DNA of 63,910 nucleotides, counting the filler, from Lenisia limosa (Eukaryota; Protista; Breviatea): assembly GCA_001655205.1 (NCBI GenBank). It is 7 parts of 7 records of this genome, joined end to end, with 100 filler letters (N's around TTAATTAATTAA, not from the genome) between each part and the next. Parts side by side here need not be neighbours in the genome. Positions count along the whole stretch, not along the records: positions 1 to 23,058 come from LPNZ01002665.1; 6 more parts are not named here. One strand, written 5' to 3'. Below the pieces are notes generated by a model that saw nothing but the letters and a program-made list of their open reading frames with translations, had not been told where the DNA came from and searched no databases. The translations under genes were made by a program, and so were the position numbers. Below are positions 1 through 15,000 of this stretch, one piece after another. Positions within the stretch are counted from its first letter, which is position 1, and each line of letters opens with the position of its first letter.

Positions 1-3000
1 CATGGCAGTTCGGGTACCGCAGTCGAACGTTTGGCCCCTCAGAGCACCTGAAATGTGATGAATGTTCCTCAGCAATTTTTAATTACTTCACAGATAGAAT
101 TGATTTTTTTTATTTCAAGGATTAACCATTTTAGCTGGTTAATTTATAATGTCAGATCATCCATCCCACCAGTTTGGCCTTGAAGGACACAGATGGTGTC
201 TTCAGGACGGCGTTTTTGCTGTTTACTCGTGTCACTCAAGGCAACCTATGGCGTCAATGTTACCTTATCACCATCTGTATTTGCTATCTCATTCTCAATA
301 CTAAGTACTTAATAGTGCATCAAAGATCCCAGCTCATCAAGACGAACTACTCAAGACTCCTTACCGCAGAAGTCAAAAGTTCACATTCGTTTGTTCCTGC
401 CTCAATGTCCTATATGGTAAGTGGTGAATGGCTCGAACATGTTAATTTGGAGGTGACAACAGAATAAATTTTTGCCATGAAAAGTTGAGTTGATAGAAAG
501 TAGTGACATAAAATCACGTTATTTTTGCTATTCATGTTCTTACTTGCCCCAATGCAATGTTAGTGATTTTCTTGGCTTCTTCATCATTTTGCTTTTCTTT
601 AATCCGTGACAAAATGTCGCCCTTATATTGGGGACCGGAGCCGCAACATTCCTGAAATGGTAAGAGGCAACCCAAAATTGGTAGTTGAAGATATAATCAA
701 GGTAAAACCCATCTACTTTGATTTTCCAGTAAATGAGGGCCATGGTATATGCTTCCTCAGCTTCAATGTTCTTCTGTTCGACGTCCCCTGAGAAATTGAG
801 TTTGGGGGAATTAATGGTCTTGAAAGTAACAATAGAACAAAACATAAAAGTGAGAATGTAATGGTTTTGAAGATTTCTGTATTATTTTAGAGTTTTGTAC
901 AAACCTCGCATGACTTTGACTCGATAATTCATTTCAATGATGACGGAGAAGAAAATGAAAAGTAGTCTGAAGGATTAACATGGATGTTTACAGTCTGTGG
1001 GATATGGTGATGAGCATAATATATGATAATATATAATAAATGAATCTATACAGATGGTAAACAACCATGTGTATACACCAGAGATACTCACGTTACGATG
1101 ATGGCAGCAATACAAACGAAAATTGCGAGAGCAAAGAATGCCCAGAAGATGTTGTCACCAAGACGCCACAGGATGAAACCGAACGTGAGAACAAATGTTG
1201 AAGATCCCTACGGAGTAAATTGACATCATCAAAAATTAATTCAAAGTTTACTACAAATCAATACCTGCTACAAAAACCAAATCATACCAGACAGAAGTTT
1301 TCGAGGTCGTTAATTCGTTTGGATCTGTAGGGGACCATCCACCGATTAAGGAGATAGGCAAAGAGCTGGAGGGAGTAAGCCGGTGTGAAGGAATGTGAAC
1401 GGAGGCGGGGATCAGTGTACCTCATAAATACACCCAATAACTCAAGCAAGCTAATTACTTGGATTGGAACAACAGATCAGATAATTATGGGACATTATAA
1501 AAACCAGCATCTCTCACGATAGCCATGTAAACCAATGTCAACTACCCCTCACACCAGGGCCAAAAGAGCACCTGAAACTTGCAGCCATGTGGTGTTGATG
1601 AAAAACACCTTTGAGAACAGAATCATGAGCTAAAGTGTCAGATCCCCCAAAACACAAAACAGGTGTTCAGATAGGAAACTGTTTATCCATTTTTTCATTC
1701 TTCTTTAAACCCACCTTTCTGCTAATGACAACAAGCTCCCAAAGAAAACATTCGTCTCGGTACCGAAGGTATATCAGACCACAGAGGTACACTGAAGCGT
1801 CTTCTTCCAAAGTGTGTCTTTGCCTGCAGGAAAAGGCGGGAGTGAATGGAAATGGAAATTAACTCGGATTAAATACAAATTGGACCCATGACAAAATGTG
1901 TGTGATAATCTAAAACCATACCTGAATAGCAAGATAAAGAACATGATGGGAATACCAGCTCCATAAATGACCAGGAAGGTGATGATTGTAGGCAGAAGGT
2001 CGTACCACCAGTCATCATAGCAAACGTGAATGGCCTCGTCTGGCATGAAACGCTCCTCTCCATCCACTGTCTGAATTGTCATGAGCGCTCATATTCTATT
2101 AGCTAAACTACTGTTCCTAAAGACTCTTAAGTTGACTCGAGCATCGATTATTTTGGTACTTATAAATATTGGAAACGATAGTCCATTTGATGAAAGTATC
2201 TCCCAACCTTGCACTCGAAGAACGACACCAGCGTATCGGCAAGGGTCAGATATGCTATACCCAAAAGGGTGAAGTATGCGTTGAAAGACCTGCGGAACAT
2301 TTGTTTAATGTAACTTAAGGGTTCAAAGTGGCGGGTAGGGCACATGAACTTGGTTGTCAACATGTAGAGCAGGAATATAAAGAAGATAAATGCGAGGACG
2401 GCAAAGAACATGAGGGGCAGTGACAGCTTCATCCACATGCGGTTCTCAAACGACATGTTACCAACGGTGCACTCAGCCTGATTGTGAGGGTAGCACAGGA
2501 TAAAATTGAAAATGGTTGCCTCCTTGGTCCAGCATAACAATTGAAAAAGCACAACAATTTCTATTGGAACAGAAAGCGTTTCATACCTTAATGAACTCCC
2601 AATTAAGGTTGAAAATCTGCGACAGTTTGAAAGTGAAGCTGACCTGGGAAGTGAAATTGCAAATTTCTGACATAGTATCATAGTCCATCATTATAGCATC
2701 ACGACCAATCACCTCCTCAGGCCACTCTAAGTCGAAGTCACCATAGAGTCCAACCACCTAAAGCAATAAAGGAAACACTCAATCCAGGCCCTTATATGAT
2801 GAGAATATTTTCATTGTTGTTTGAAAGATGTGTGTGAAAAAGGCAGTCAAAAGAAAAAACCCATTACTTACTTGGACAAAGTTGAACCCGACTGTGACAG
2901 AAGCGTAGTACGCAGCTGCAAGGGTTAGTGCTTTATCCCTTTTATCCTACACAGCATGTATTATGCATATGATATGATGTGAATAAATAATTGTTCAATC

Positions 3001-6000
3001 ACAAAATCAAGAACAAAACGAGAAGCACTGACTAACCAGTGTGACTTTGTGCTGTCATTCGAAGTAGCAGTGCACAAACAAGGATAACCAGGATGATCAT
3101 GGCAATTAGGAGGTAAGTGGCGTTATCAGGGCAGACCTGTCAAACGTCAAACAAAAACAGCTTAACTTATGGTAGTTTCTTCTATGTTCACAGTAAGAGA
3201 ATATTCCAATGTTTTACGTCTCACTTTGCATTCGCCCTCGCTCTTGTAGAAGCCCATTTGACAGACAGTGCAGCGTTCTCCAGAATAACCGTTAGCACAC
3301 ACGGTATCGGCACGACCTGGGAGGGGGGATGGGCATGGGTTTCTTGTTGAATAGGACGGGAAAAATGCGAATGAAGGCCTTACTCATAAAGCAAGCCAAC
3401 TGCCTTTGTGTTCTGCAACTACCAGCCTTTCATGCCCATTGTCAACCCATTACGCCCCTCAACAGATGACCCATTAGATCTCAGTCATTACCCATGCCCG
3501 GCTCACCGCCCAGACATGCTGCAGCCACAACGCATTGTAAGAACTCTGGAGTACCGGTTTCCAAGGTCTCACCTGTGGGTTAGGAGTTATCTATTGATAA
3601 TTCATTTCCAAGGTCTCGCCTGTAGGTGAGATAATTCACAACTACTTAACATAGTATTGCCACACTTCCACTAACCCCCCACCACTGGCCCAGCATCCAG
3701 GGAGGGCCACGGGGAACTCATCACCACCCGGACAGTCGCCGCACGTGGGACAGGCCTCACNNNNNNNNNNNNNNNNNNNNNNNNNNNNNNNNNNNNNNNN
3801 NNNNNNNNNNNNNNNNNNNGGTGGAGGTGAAGAAGAGCGGCCGGCACCAGCACCGAGGGGACTGCGAGAATATTAGTACTAAGAGAGAGACTGAGGGGTT
3901 TTTTTAAGACTGATTATGGAAAACACTTTTTGAAAGAGAGCTTAGGTACTGATATGTAAAGAATGTCACATCTAAAGTCCTATCTGTTCACTGGCCCCCT
4001 CCCACTCCTTCAGGACTATATGATGAATTGGGTGTTTCTTCTGAGCCATAGTGGTCAACACACTTGAGGCACGAACTCTGTCCGGCCTTTGGGGCAAAAT
4101 TGTTGGATGCACACGCCGTGCAGCGAGAGAGGCCTTTGGAATGTGAGCAAATTGTGATACACGTGTAATAATATACTTTTAAAAAATCAGCAGAAAAACC
4201 GAAAACCGAACAATTCATCAGCGTGATATTGTTCAAACGAACAAAAAGTGACTATTGAGAAGCCAGAAGCAATTTCAGCAATACCAACCACAAAAAGAGC
4301 ACCTACCTTCAGAAGCAGCTATGTAGCCAGCCGGGCATTTGTCGTTACAATGAGACTGTCCCTTTCGGGCAGCATAGTGCCCCTTGGCACAAAGGAGGCA
4401 CTCACTCATCGACTCTGATGGAGTGTACGATCCTGCTGTGCATTTGTCGCATTGAGAGTATTCAGATTTGCTGAAGGTGCCTTTTGCGCATGGTGACGGG
4501 TCAACCTGTGTGGGATTAAGGCCTAAAGTAGGGTATCCAATAAGGAAAACCAAACAAAAAGAAAACTTTTGTTGTATTACCATAGGTTGATGCAAACCTG
4601 TCCAAGTTCACAGTAGTATCCAGGCGGACATAGCTGACACTGGTCTTTGGTTGTGTTGCCAGGGGCATATCGTCCTGTTTGGATAGTGAGAATTCATATC
4701 ATGCTTAATTGACCAAGGATGTCACGTAACAACTAACATCTCATTTCAACCCCTGTGTGTTCTGAGAATAATATCACTTCAAGAATACATTGGAACAACC
4801 ACTCACCAGGCTGACACAACGTGCACTCTGATTTTCCAGCAACAGAGTAGGTACCAGGAGAGCATGGTTGAGGCGTCACCGAGCCTTCGGGGCATTTATG
4901 ACCTGAAGGGCAAGTCTCACACCTACGGAGTTAGCGAACCGTTTTACACATAAGATAAATATCAACTGATAATTAAATTATCAAATAATCAAATTAAAAT
5001 GTAGCAAATACTCCATATTCTGATCACCCCACCCTCCGGAGCCGGTGGCTGCACTAAACGATCCCTTTGGACAAATAGTGCAATCTGATGACCCCTTCAG
5101 CGACATCCATCCCGCTGGACAGAGCTCAAACTTCGGTGATGCCTAAAATGTGAGATGAAAACACTGTGTCATGGATGTTGAAATGTATATCAGAATTGGA
5201 TTTAGCTCCTCACATATCTGTTAGATATGGAATAGTCTTAATGGATATTTTAAATCACCCAATGGAAACCCAAAGATGCCATTGCTTACTTTGGCACAGA
5301 ACGCCCCCTGGGGACACTGGGTACACGCCTTGCTGCCAGTCTGGGAGGATCATCGTTAGTGGTATTATTGCAGAACAGAATAATATATTAAGATTATATC
5401 ATGTCAAAGTCAATTTAGTGTACACGTCATTTTCATACCCAAGACTGGAAAGTTCCAGGGGCACACGGTGTGCAGACTGTTGACTTGGTTTTGGGAGCAT
5501 AGTAGCCAGCCTTGATCGCATTAGTTGCATCTCTAACAAAGATATTTTCTTTCATAAATAATATTGAAACGTCATTGATAATATGATAGGTTTTTCGATA
5601 TGAAAAATAACATATCAACACCTACACATCTTAAACGGCTCATATCAACACCTACATACCTTACACGGCTCACAGACTTCAGTTCCCGAAAGAGTCGCAT
5701 TTCGACCTAATTCATTACAACAAGAAGGTCTTAGTGATGAAGATGAAGGAAAAAATCAGAAAAGAAAGAACATCAAACATTTTCAGACCTCATATGATAA
5801 ATTTGAATGTTAATCATGAAAACATACCAAGAATGCAGGGGCTGCATTCGGATGAACCCTCAGTACTAGCGTCATGCCCTGCGGTGTCAGGTCCATTGAT
5901 TGATAAGTGCGAGAAATTTAATTAACCTGGTTATAGTACCCCATAATTATGCAGTTAGGTGTTGCCCATACCTGGAGGGCAAGATTGACATAAGTCAAGT

Positions 6001-9000
6001 GATGTAGCTTGTTTGAGCTGATGCGCAGTTCCTAAATAGAATAACAGACATTGCATATGGATTTCACTGTGTTAAAGCGAAGCAAGATATTAGTACATCA
6101 AGTGTAGAAGCATGTAGATTCTATGTATTCTTGTTCACCCTCCCAACCCATTGGACACAACGCGCATTCTGCCATGCCCGGCACATTGCTGTAGGTGCCA
6201 AAGCCGCATTGATTGCATGAAGACTGGCCAGTCAGGGTTTGGTCAGTTCCAATTGGGCATGCGGTGCAGTTGGACTCTCCTGGGGGAGACTTGTCAGAAA
6301 GCGGCAAAATAGCATTGTAGTAGGCCAAACACAAAAAGTACTAATAATGAGAAAACCAATTTGAGACAAAAGTTTCACCCGTGTTTCTTGCCTACCCTTG
6401 GATGTTCCAAACGTGCCTCTAGGACATGGGATACAGTCAGTGACGTTCGAAGAGCCGAACAGGTGGTTTTGCGTCAAGTATGGGCAGAGAATACACTCCG
6501 ACTGGGAGGTTACACAGGGTATTTGCATTGTATTTATTAAGTCTCAATATGGTATAGTATCATATGTTTCATTATTGGTTTTGGAACCACCGAATATAAG
6601 AATTCTGATAACCTCTGCAACTTGTTTCATTGCAACCTCCCACCAAGGCAGTGTCGTTACCATAAGAACCCGGGTTGCAACGGAGGCATTGCGGACTGCC
6701 ATTCGAAGCAAAATGGCCCAGTTCACAAGGCTGACAAACTGCGTCCGACTGCGCTCCAATCTGAATGCGTCAGGGGGTTTTCTTCAATATGACTTTTAAG
6801 TATAATATTTATCTTTATTGTACAATAATAATGCAAATAAATATGACACATGATGACGTGACAACATGATGGTCCAAACACTATGATATCATCACATCAC
6901 CCCAAGAAATAATCCTATCCTGACATTTTGCATCAATAGTCAATTGTCGCATTCATTTAACAATGAATCAATTTCTTCCAACTTCTCGATATACTAATTC
7001 ATTAGCATTGCTCACGTTGAGACTTGAAGTTCCCGAGGGGCAAAGAGTACAGTTTGTCTGGTTAACTAGGGCGTTGAAGGTACCAGGAACACACTAAATA
7101 ATGATTAGTGCGGCATAATACGCAGAAATGACAAGATCTGCTTTTCTTCAAAATGTTTCACCTTCAAACCCCACTAACCAGTTCCAATAACACGTGTATT
7201 TACCTCAAACCTTAGTGCAGCTATCAAGCCCGTCTGTCGGTGAAAATGTCCCCTCCAAACAGCTGGAGCAGTGGGTGTTTGACGTTCCATTTGCATAGGT
7301 ACCTGAATTGATGCCGTAAGCAAGGACGGCCCTCCAAATTACTCTTTACTCTATATGATATATACTATGTGTAATATAATGCCAAAATACTCACACAATC
7401 TTTGTAAGGTTATAACAATTCCCCCTTACCACCAGGGCAAATGTTACAATGTTCCTGCTTTCCGTTTGGCTTTAAAAGTGAGAAAATGTCATTTTAAGGC
7501 TTGCTTGTAGCATTCAACATTGATAAAAAAAAATTGATAACTGAAATAAGATATAAAATGTTTTGATGTAACGTGGGAGAGGAGAGCATGGATGATATAA
7601 AGAAAGATAGGAAAACCACCCGACCTGTACGAAGCCCGGCAAGCACTCGAAGCAGACTGTCTGTCCAGTGACGTTCATATGCTGTCCTGGGAAACATGCA
7701 TTACAGGATGTTTGTCCTGGAAGGGGCTGCACCTCTCCAATGGGACATTTTGTACATTCCTTTGTTCCCAAACTAAAAGCAGGTCAAAAGAAACATTGGG
7801 CAAACGTGGTTATTGGGCAAACAATATCAATCTACTATGCTGGTATTAAATAATCTGTATTTTTTGTCGAATTCAAAATGGATAATCCCAACTGACATAT
7901 CTGTGAACGTCCCCTCTGGACACGGCAGACACACAGCATTGGCGTCCTCACTTTTATAGTGCCCGGGTAAGCATACTGTAGGGTGACTGGACAAAAAAGA
8001 CCAAAAAATGATTAAATCTAAAGCCGCCATTCAACAATTAAATAGAAAGCCACTCACAGGAGCAGTTTCCTCCTGCTACAGCATTGCCCTCTGCACCATC
8101 AGAACAGACCCCACAGGAGATGCCTGCATAGAGAAGTGGTTCTTCACCTACAGCAGTGAGTTTTATGTGAGTATTTGAAGTTGTTTATTATATATATATA
8201 TATAGTATGTCAGCAATACGGGTAAATCTCAGGCACCCTTTGAAAGTAGTCTTTAAAGAAAACCGATCGCGAAAACATAGATAACAGGCCCCCAAAATCC
8301 ATCGTACATGGGCATCGTCCGCCTGAGGGGAAACAATATTCCAACTTTCCGAACTCATTTACAACAGTTTCAGTATGGTTGTTGCAGCTGCATTTCACCT
8401 ACACAAGTGAGTTAGACTGGTGGGAAACAGAAAAATAGATATAAGAATTTCAAATAATTTGAATCACAGTCTTCTCAGGTAAGTGATGTTTGAAAATGCA
8501 ATCAAACTACTCGTGATTATAGTCATAAAAAAACTAAAATTCCGCCTACACAAACGGAACCTTCAGCCAAGGGCTTGTAGAGGCCTGCAACACATTCATC
8601 TTCGCATACCACACCCAGACCATGGCGTGATATTGATGGTTCCTGTCAGTGAGAATGTTTGATACACCGTGAATGGGTATCCAATTTTGAAAAAGAATTT
8701 AGGCAATTGTGAAGGGGTACATACCCCATTTCCCCACAAACCTGGTCAGGGTTCGCTCTAGTTGGACAATTGTCGCAGAGATCTCCGACTGGGTTGCTTA
8801 ATTTGATTCATTATTTTATAGGCATAATCAATTATCATGTTTTTATCCATGCAGATAACTAAGAAACATAAAATATATATAAATGCATAGGAGTAAGTTT
8901 GTACCTCAGTTAATCAAGATGAAAAGGCTGAAATTTGTTAAACCACTCTCACGTCCATCATCATCAAAGTCTTCCTGCCCTGGGTTGTACACCTAAAGTT

Positions 9001-12000
9001 TTAGCTAAGTAAGACAACAGATGGCAGTATTAACTGTTCTATTTCAGAGGTTCACCAAAAAACAAAATTTAAGAAGGGAAATATGAAACACTACGACAAA
9101 CACCTTAGTTGTAGATGACAGGCATAATCTAATGTCATATGCCTACGTCAGGACAATTGTCTTGGAACTTGGTCTTAGGCATGCCACTTGGCAGTAAAGA
9201 GACGGACGAGTTGGACACACCATCACCGTCAGCGTCATTATTAGGGTCGAACATGGTAAGGTAGTAGGTTGTGCTGTTGACTACTATAGGGGGTATTTCA
9301 CATCTGAATGTAATAAATTGTTGTTAGATCTATTAGGTCAGTCAACTTTGATATTTTTACCAACATATTGTTCCCAGAATTATTACAATTTCGCCTAACC
9401 TGTCTCCGATGTCGTCATTGTCAGCATCGAGAATCTCTTGTCCGTCCAACACGCCACACTTGTCGTAACACGCCTTCCCGTCGCCGTTTCTGTCCTCGTA
9501 TCCAGCTGAGGGAATGAGAAGATTGATTTTTGACAATTTATGAATTGATGGTGCTCAGAGCTATTCTAAAGGTTATTTGAGAGAACGTGCACTTTATGAA
9601 ATTCAAGTTTGGTGAAGATGTTATTCCAGTTCGAACCAAGACAAGTGCAAGTGTAGCTTCCTGATGTGTCCAAACAATCTGCCTTCAGTGAGCACGGTGC
9701 ATCAACCTGTAGAAATAATGGGCAATAACAGAATACAACACGCATGAGATCATTACACTATCAATATGACAACCTCCATAACATACATAGCTATAACTAA
9801 TTATCAACATGTACAAAATCAATTCTTTACTCCTCATACAATGCATTCGTCAATGTTGATACAGACATTGCCGGCAGGAAAGTTGGAAAGGTCCTTCTCG
9901 TAACCAGGAAGGCACTCGCAACGGTAGAAGGGGTCCTCGTTGATACAGGTCTGTGGTGGTAAAGTGGGCATTTGATGCCCATCAGGTTATGAAACAAGTG
10001 TATTTCATTTCCAATCATATTTGAATTAACTCGAATAATATTTAAATTGAAAGCTGATCACACAATCAACAAGTGGATAGGGTATGTGAAATAATATAAA
10101 AGATGCGACAAAAATGTCACCATTCATAAGTGATATTTCCCAGCAGTGCCTACACTGAATTCGTTACAAGCGTACGTCATCTCAACACATTCGTCAATAT
10201 CCAGGCAGGTTGTCTAAAGAGTTATGATAGAGGGGACGAAAGACAATAATAACAAAAGGTTGAGATCATGAATTCGGTGTCTTAGAACTCAGTATAAGAA
10301 TAAAATCTTTTCAACAGTCAAATAATCAATAATTAAACCTCACAACATCAAAACCCCACATTGTCAGCGCTGAACAGACGATGGCCTTCAATACAGGAGC
10401 AAACAAATCCAATTGTGTTGTGCCCAATGTCAATTTCGTTGGGACAGTCGGGGTTGTTTGGCCACGGGGAGCAGTCCTGAGGGGGTTATGCTTAAAATTC
10501 CCAAAACTGCATAAACATTAAGGAAAGCAATTCTCCTTATCGTACTACAATGGCTCTATTTATCAACCTGTCACGCTCCTCACCTGGCATATTTCCGAGC
10601 ATCGTCCAAGTCCGTCATTGTAGTTACAGTTGTCAATATCTGCATGGTGAAAAACAAAATCAGAAGCATACTCGCCGCCCTTGTCTTCTACCATCCAGTG
10701 ATAAATGGGGTTCCTTTAAACACCCCTCCCACTGGTACAAACAGAGCCATCTGCACCCTCGTAGCCCTCAGGACAGGTGCCGCATTTGTAGTACAGCCCA
10801 TTGAACGTTTTATCACAAGGCAATGTCTCGCAGCCAGCCCTGTGGGGTTAATACACCTGGTCATGGTGTTAATAGGCCCTGTCTATGGTGTTAAAATAAT
10901 TGATCACAAACACTATGTATGAAGTCAGTGGACATTGAAGGAGAAATTGTTGCAAGAAAGTCTTTATATCCATTTAGTATATACTATCTGAATAATCTGA
11001 ATAAGGAGTAAACATAACCCCCCTTTACAATGGATCACAGATGGAGGGGTCCTCAGCGCAGTAGTCGATTTTGGTACATGTATAATTGCCTTCAAGTCGG
11101 TAGTTCTCGGCACACCTGTTATGTCAGAGGATGGGGTAGAAGTTTCAAATTTCTCATATCATTCCATGTGTTTGTCATTCATATATTAAAGTGAAATACA
11201 AATCAGGAGTTTGAGATTATTACTAAAGGCAATATGAATATATGCATATATACATACCCGCAGTAGTACGATCCTTGAGTGTTTGTACATAAAGCTGCCA
11301 GAGATGGGCATTCCGGGATGCGGTCACATAGGTCGGTCTCTAATCCGCATTCGTTAATATCCTACTACGTCAGTTCCATTAAGCCATCTTGCCTCTCCAC
11401 TGTAACATATCAGTTTTGAATATATCATATACAGAGTATTTATATCAAGATAAATCTACTAACTGCAAATCCACATGAGATGAATGAAGATAAGAGGTGA
11501 GAAATATATGACATCCAATTAGGCCGCCACCAACAGTGCAGCCTTGACCGTCATCATCGAGACTCCATCCATCGTGACAGGTGCAGTTGAAACCACCAGC
11601 AAAGTTCACGCTGCGGATGAGGCATGATGAATATGTGCAGGTTTGTTATAATATCAGAATGTTATTGGGAAATACATATGATGTGTATATTATAAAACAC
11701 AAGCAGTTGTTTTTACACCGACCAGAGTTCAGCGAAGAAGCAAACGTTATTGCCGGCATCATTGAGGGTGCATTCATTGATGTCAGTGCTTTAAGGTCAA
11801 TTAAGTATCAAAATATAAGACATAAGTCGTTTTTGGTGACAATGAATATGGAAAAGTACTTTAAAGAAAATGACCCAGCATACATGTATTATAAACATTT
11901 TTTATTGCTCAAATCCAATCTCATCATAGAAGATGAAGAAACACCCAACATACCAGCTTGCAGTGTAAGAGTCACCAACATATCCACTTGGACAAGGGTC

Positions 12001-15000
12001 GCAGCTGAACGTACCCGGAAAATCATGACATTCAACCTGAGGGATTATTGATAATCATAAAAATAATTTCACAAATTTGCTAAGATAAATATCCACAGCG
12101 AAACGCAGGTATTTAATAAAAAGGATATTGTAGAAGCGAAACAGTGCAAAGTGACTGAAATTCCAAAACATCAAATGATGCTACCAAAGTGTCCGCCAAC
12201 CAAAACGTCACAACCGCCATTGTTGTCGTCGCATTCGTTAATATTGATGCAGCCGGCTCCAGAATAATCCCTCATAAGGTCACCTGGAATGTAAATGAAA
12301 GCAATCAGGGCAAAACATAACTGAAAATCCACTGAGAATACTTGGATTTGAGGAATTCACCACCCAACCCTATGATCCTGCCATAAGGGTGATAACGCAT
12401 TGTATATGCAATACGGACCTATGAACCAAAGCAATACCCCTCAAACTGTGTCCAGAGTAGCCAACAGGACATGAGGTGCATTTATACGAACCAATGGAAT
12501 TTGTGCAGTTGGTAAGGGGGTCGCAGATGGCTGTCAGACACTCATCAATATCTACATTGTCATTCAAGTATATATTAATAGTACATCATATTATTTCAAT
12601 TGTCTTGATAATTTACGGCACAATAAGCCTTAGAGTCAAGTCTGATGGACTTTCTCCAACTCCAGCTTTATCAATTTTGTCATTGATTAAGCCTCCCACC
12701 ATCACAAGTTTTCTCATCTGCGTTAAGCAGATAACCGGTATCACAGGTGCAGAGAAAACCGGGTACAGTGTTAACGCAATTCTAATGGGATGTTAAATGT
12801 AGCATAGCAGCAATTTCACATTTTAAACTGTCCTACTGACTTCTTAGCAATGCACTCAAACAAAAGATCGCTCCCACCTGGTCACACTCATTTGTGCCGA
12901 TAGTACATTCGTTAATGTCAACGCATAAATGAGAGTCGTCGCTGTCCACTTCAAAGCTGAATTGGTAGTGATGGGATAATAAAACAAGAGATAATTTTCA
13001 GTAAATTGTACATTCAAATTAAGCTAATAACTCCGTACCCGTCATTGCAACTGCATGTGTAAGAGCCGGCTGGTTCATTTGTACAAACCTGTGGGGTGAA
13101 ATGGAGTAAACTTGGAACAAGATTACAAATACCAATACAAATGAAAGGCATGTAACTTACATGGGAGCAGGGGTTCACAAAAGCAGGATCGTTACACTCG
13201 TCATCTTCGTCACACACCTTGCCTCCTCCAGTATATCCTGAATCGTGGGAATGGAAAATAATGGTGCCTTTATGCAGAATAGCACAGGATATGAGAGTGT
13301 TTTTATATTGGAGAAGTTCGAATATAATGTCAATCAAATTTGTGGAAGATGTGACCGCACCTTCATTATTGTCATTTTATATATCCATTCGTCTTCAGTG
13401 TCATTTTATATCCATTGTCTTTATTGCTATTTTATCAATCCATAGTTTCAATTATCTTGTCATTTTGCTCATCATAATCCGCAGAGAAGCATCTTCTCAC
13501 CTGAGGGGCAACTCGTGCAGCCACCTGCCTTTTGGGAGTACCTCACGCGCATTTCAAACAGATCAACAGTTCTGGCAGAATGAACAACACCAGATAACAT
13601 GTAATAGCTTTGGAAAGTACATTATTTGTAGTAAATCTGCAGTACAATGTTGTAACACACTGGGAAAGAGACCCCTCATACGATCCGCGAAGTCCGACAA
13701 AAGCCTTTGCAGGCACAGATGTGATGATTGATATCTTCGTAGCTCCAACATAATCGCCTTGAGCCACAATGGGGTCAGATACTGGTGAGGTCAGGAATAA
13801 AAGCCACGTTGTGTATAATGGGTATTGTCTAAATATTCTTTTCAGTAATACAATTTAAATGCCCACTAATGTTGTAGAAATGATATAATGAATGAACGCA
13901 AAAGGTCAAAATGAACTTATACACGCAGGAAAATAAGAATTATTGAGATAATAAGATGTACTACCTGATATACAAATAATAGTCCATTAACGGTTAATGA
14001 CCGTATAGAGCCCCACATACCACTTGTCACAGCCACCTGCGTCCACTGGAGTCCATCATTACTGACTAAGAGCTGGCCGGGTCTACAGGGTGAAAAGTGG
14101 GACAAATATACTGTTTAATTGCTCATTAATTATGCTAAAACGCCTCATCTGTCTTACCTTGCAGCCCCTAAGTAGTAGGCTTCCTGGATGTCCGGCATGT
14201 TTGTGGTGCCGACCGCCGCTATTTGGATGGCAACTACAGTCAACTCTAAAGCAATAAGGGAGTTGTTTTTATGGAATGCAATGTTACTCAAAATTGACAG
14301 GTGGAAAATGGGAATCATATTGGGTTCATTGAGAAACATATACACATAGATACTTCTATTAAATCTAAATAATGTCACAGTACTATCTTGAATTAACAAC
14401 AACATAATTATCTTGAAAGCTATTGATGACAAATAATTTTAGAGTTCAACATTTTCAATGTCTGTTACCTATTTAATACCTCCAATTCATTCCACCAAAC
14501 ACACCATCTTCTATTGGCACCGCTATGTCCAGCACACTGTCAATCAGGCCATCAAAACTGCCAAGGTCTGTCATGACCTCGCGAGTGGAATACGTCTGAA
14601 ATTGTCATATAAATATTTGTAGAAAATCATTAATAAGTAAGATCGCGCATTATCATTCAAGATATCCACTGACATATTTGATTCTGTTGGTGGTTTCGTT
14701 GAAGCATTGCTGAATGTCAGCAGAAGGGCTTCCATGTGTAGCAACTCCAGTCAATCTAGAAAATGATAAAAACGAACTAAAAATCGATGATAAGTTGACT
14801 ATGAAAGCAATTAAAAAAGTAGAAACATGAATTTGGTGGTTTTTGAATATTATTAAGAAACTTTTGGGAACCAAAGGGAACTCATCCCTCATACGAAGGA
14901 GTTACAGAAGCATGATAACAAGGTTCAGTATTAAGAGTAAGCCTGATCGTTGAATTTTCGGGGTGTACTTTGAGTTGTACTTCATCCTAAACGGTTAGTG

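Noticed and set aside
11581-12051. 156-aa plus-strand ORF as a separate gene
   Set aside because: It is antisense to EGF exons of the giant gene and has no recognisable motif; most ORF-track entries are similar intron or antisense shadows.
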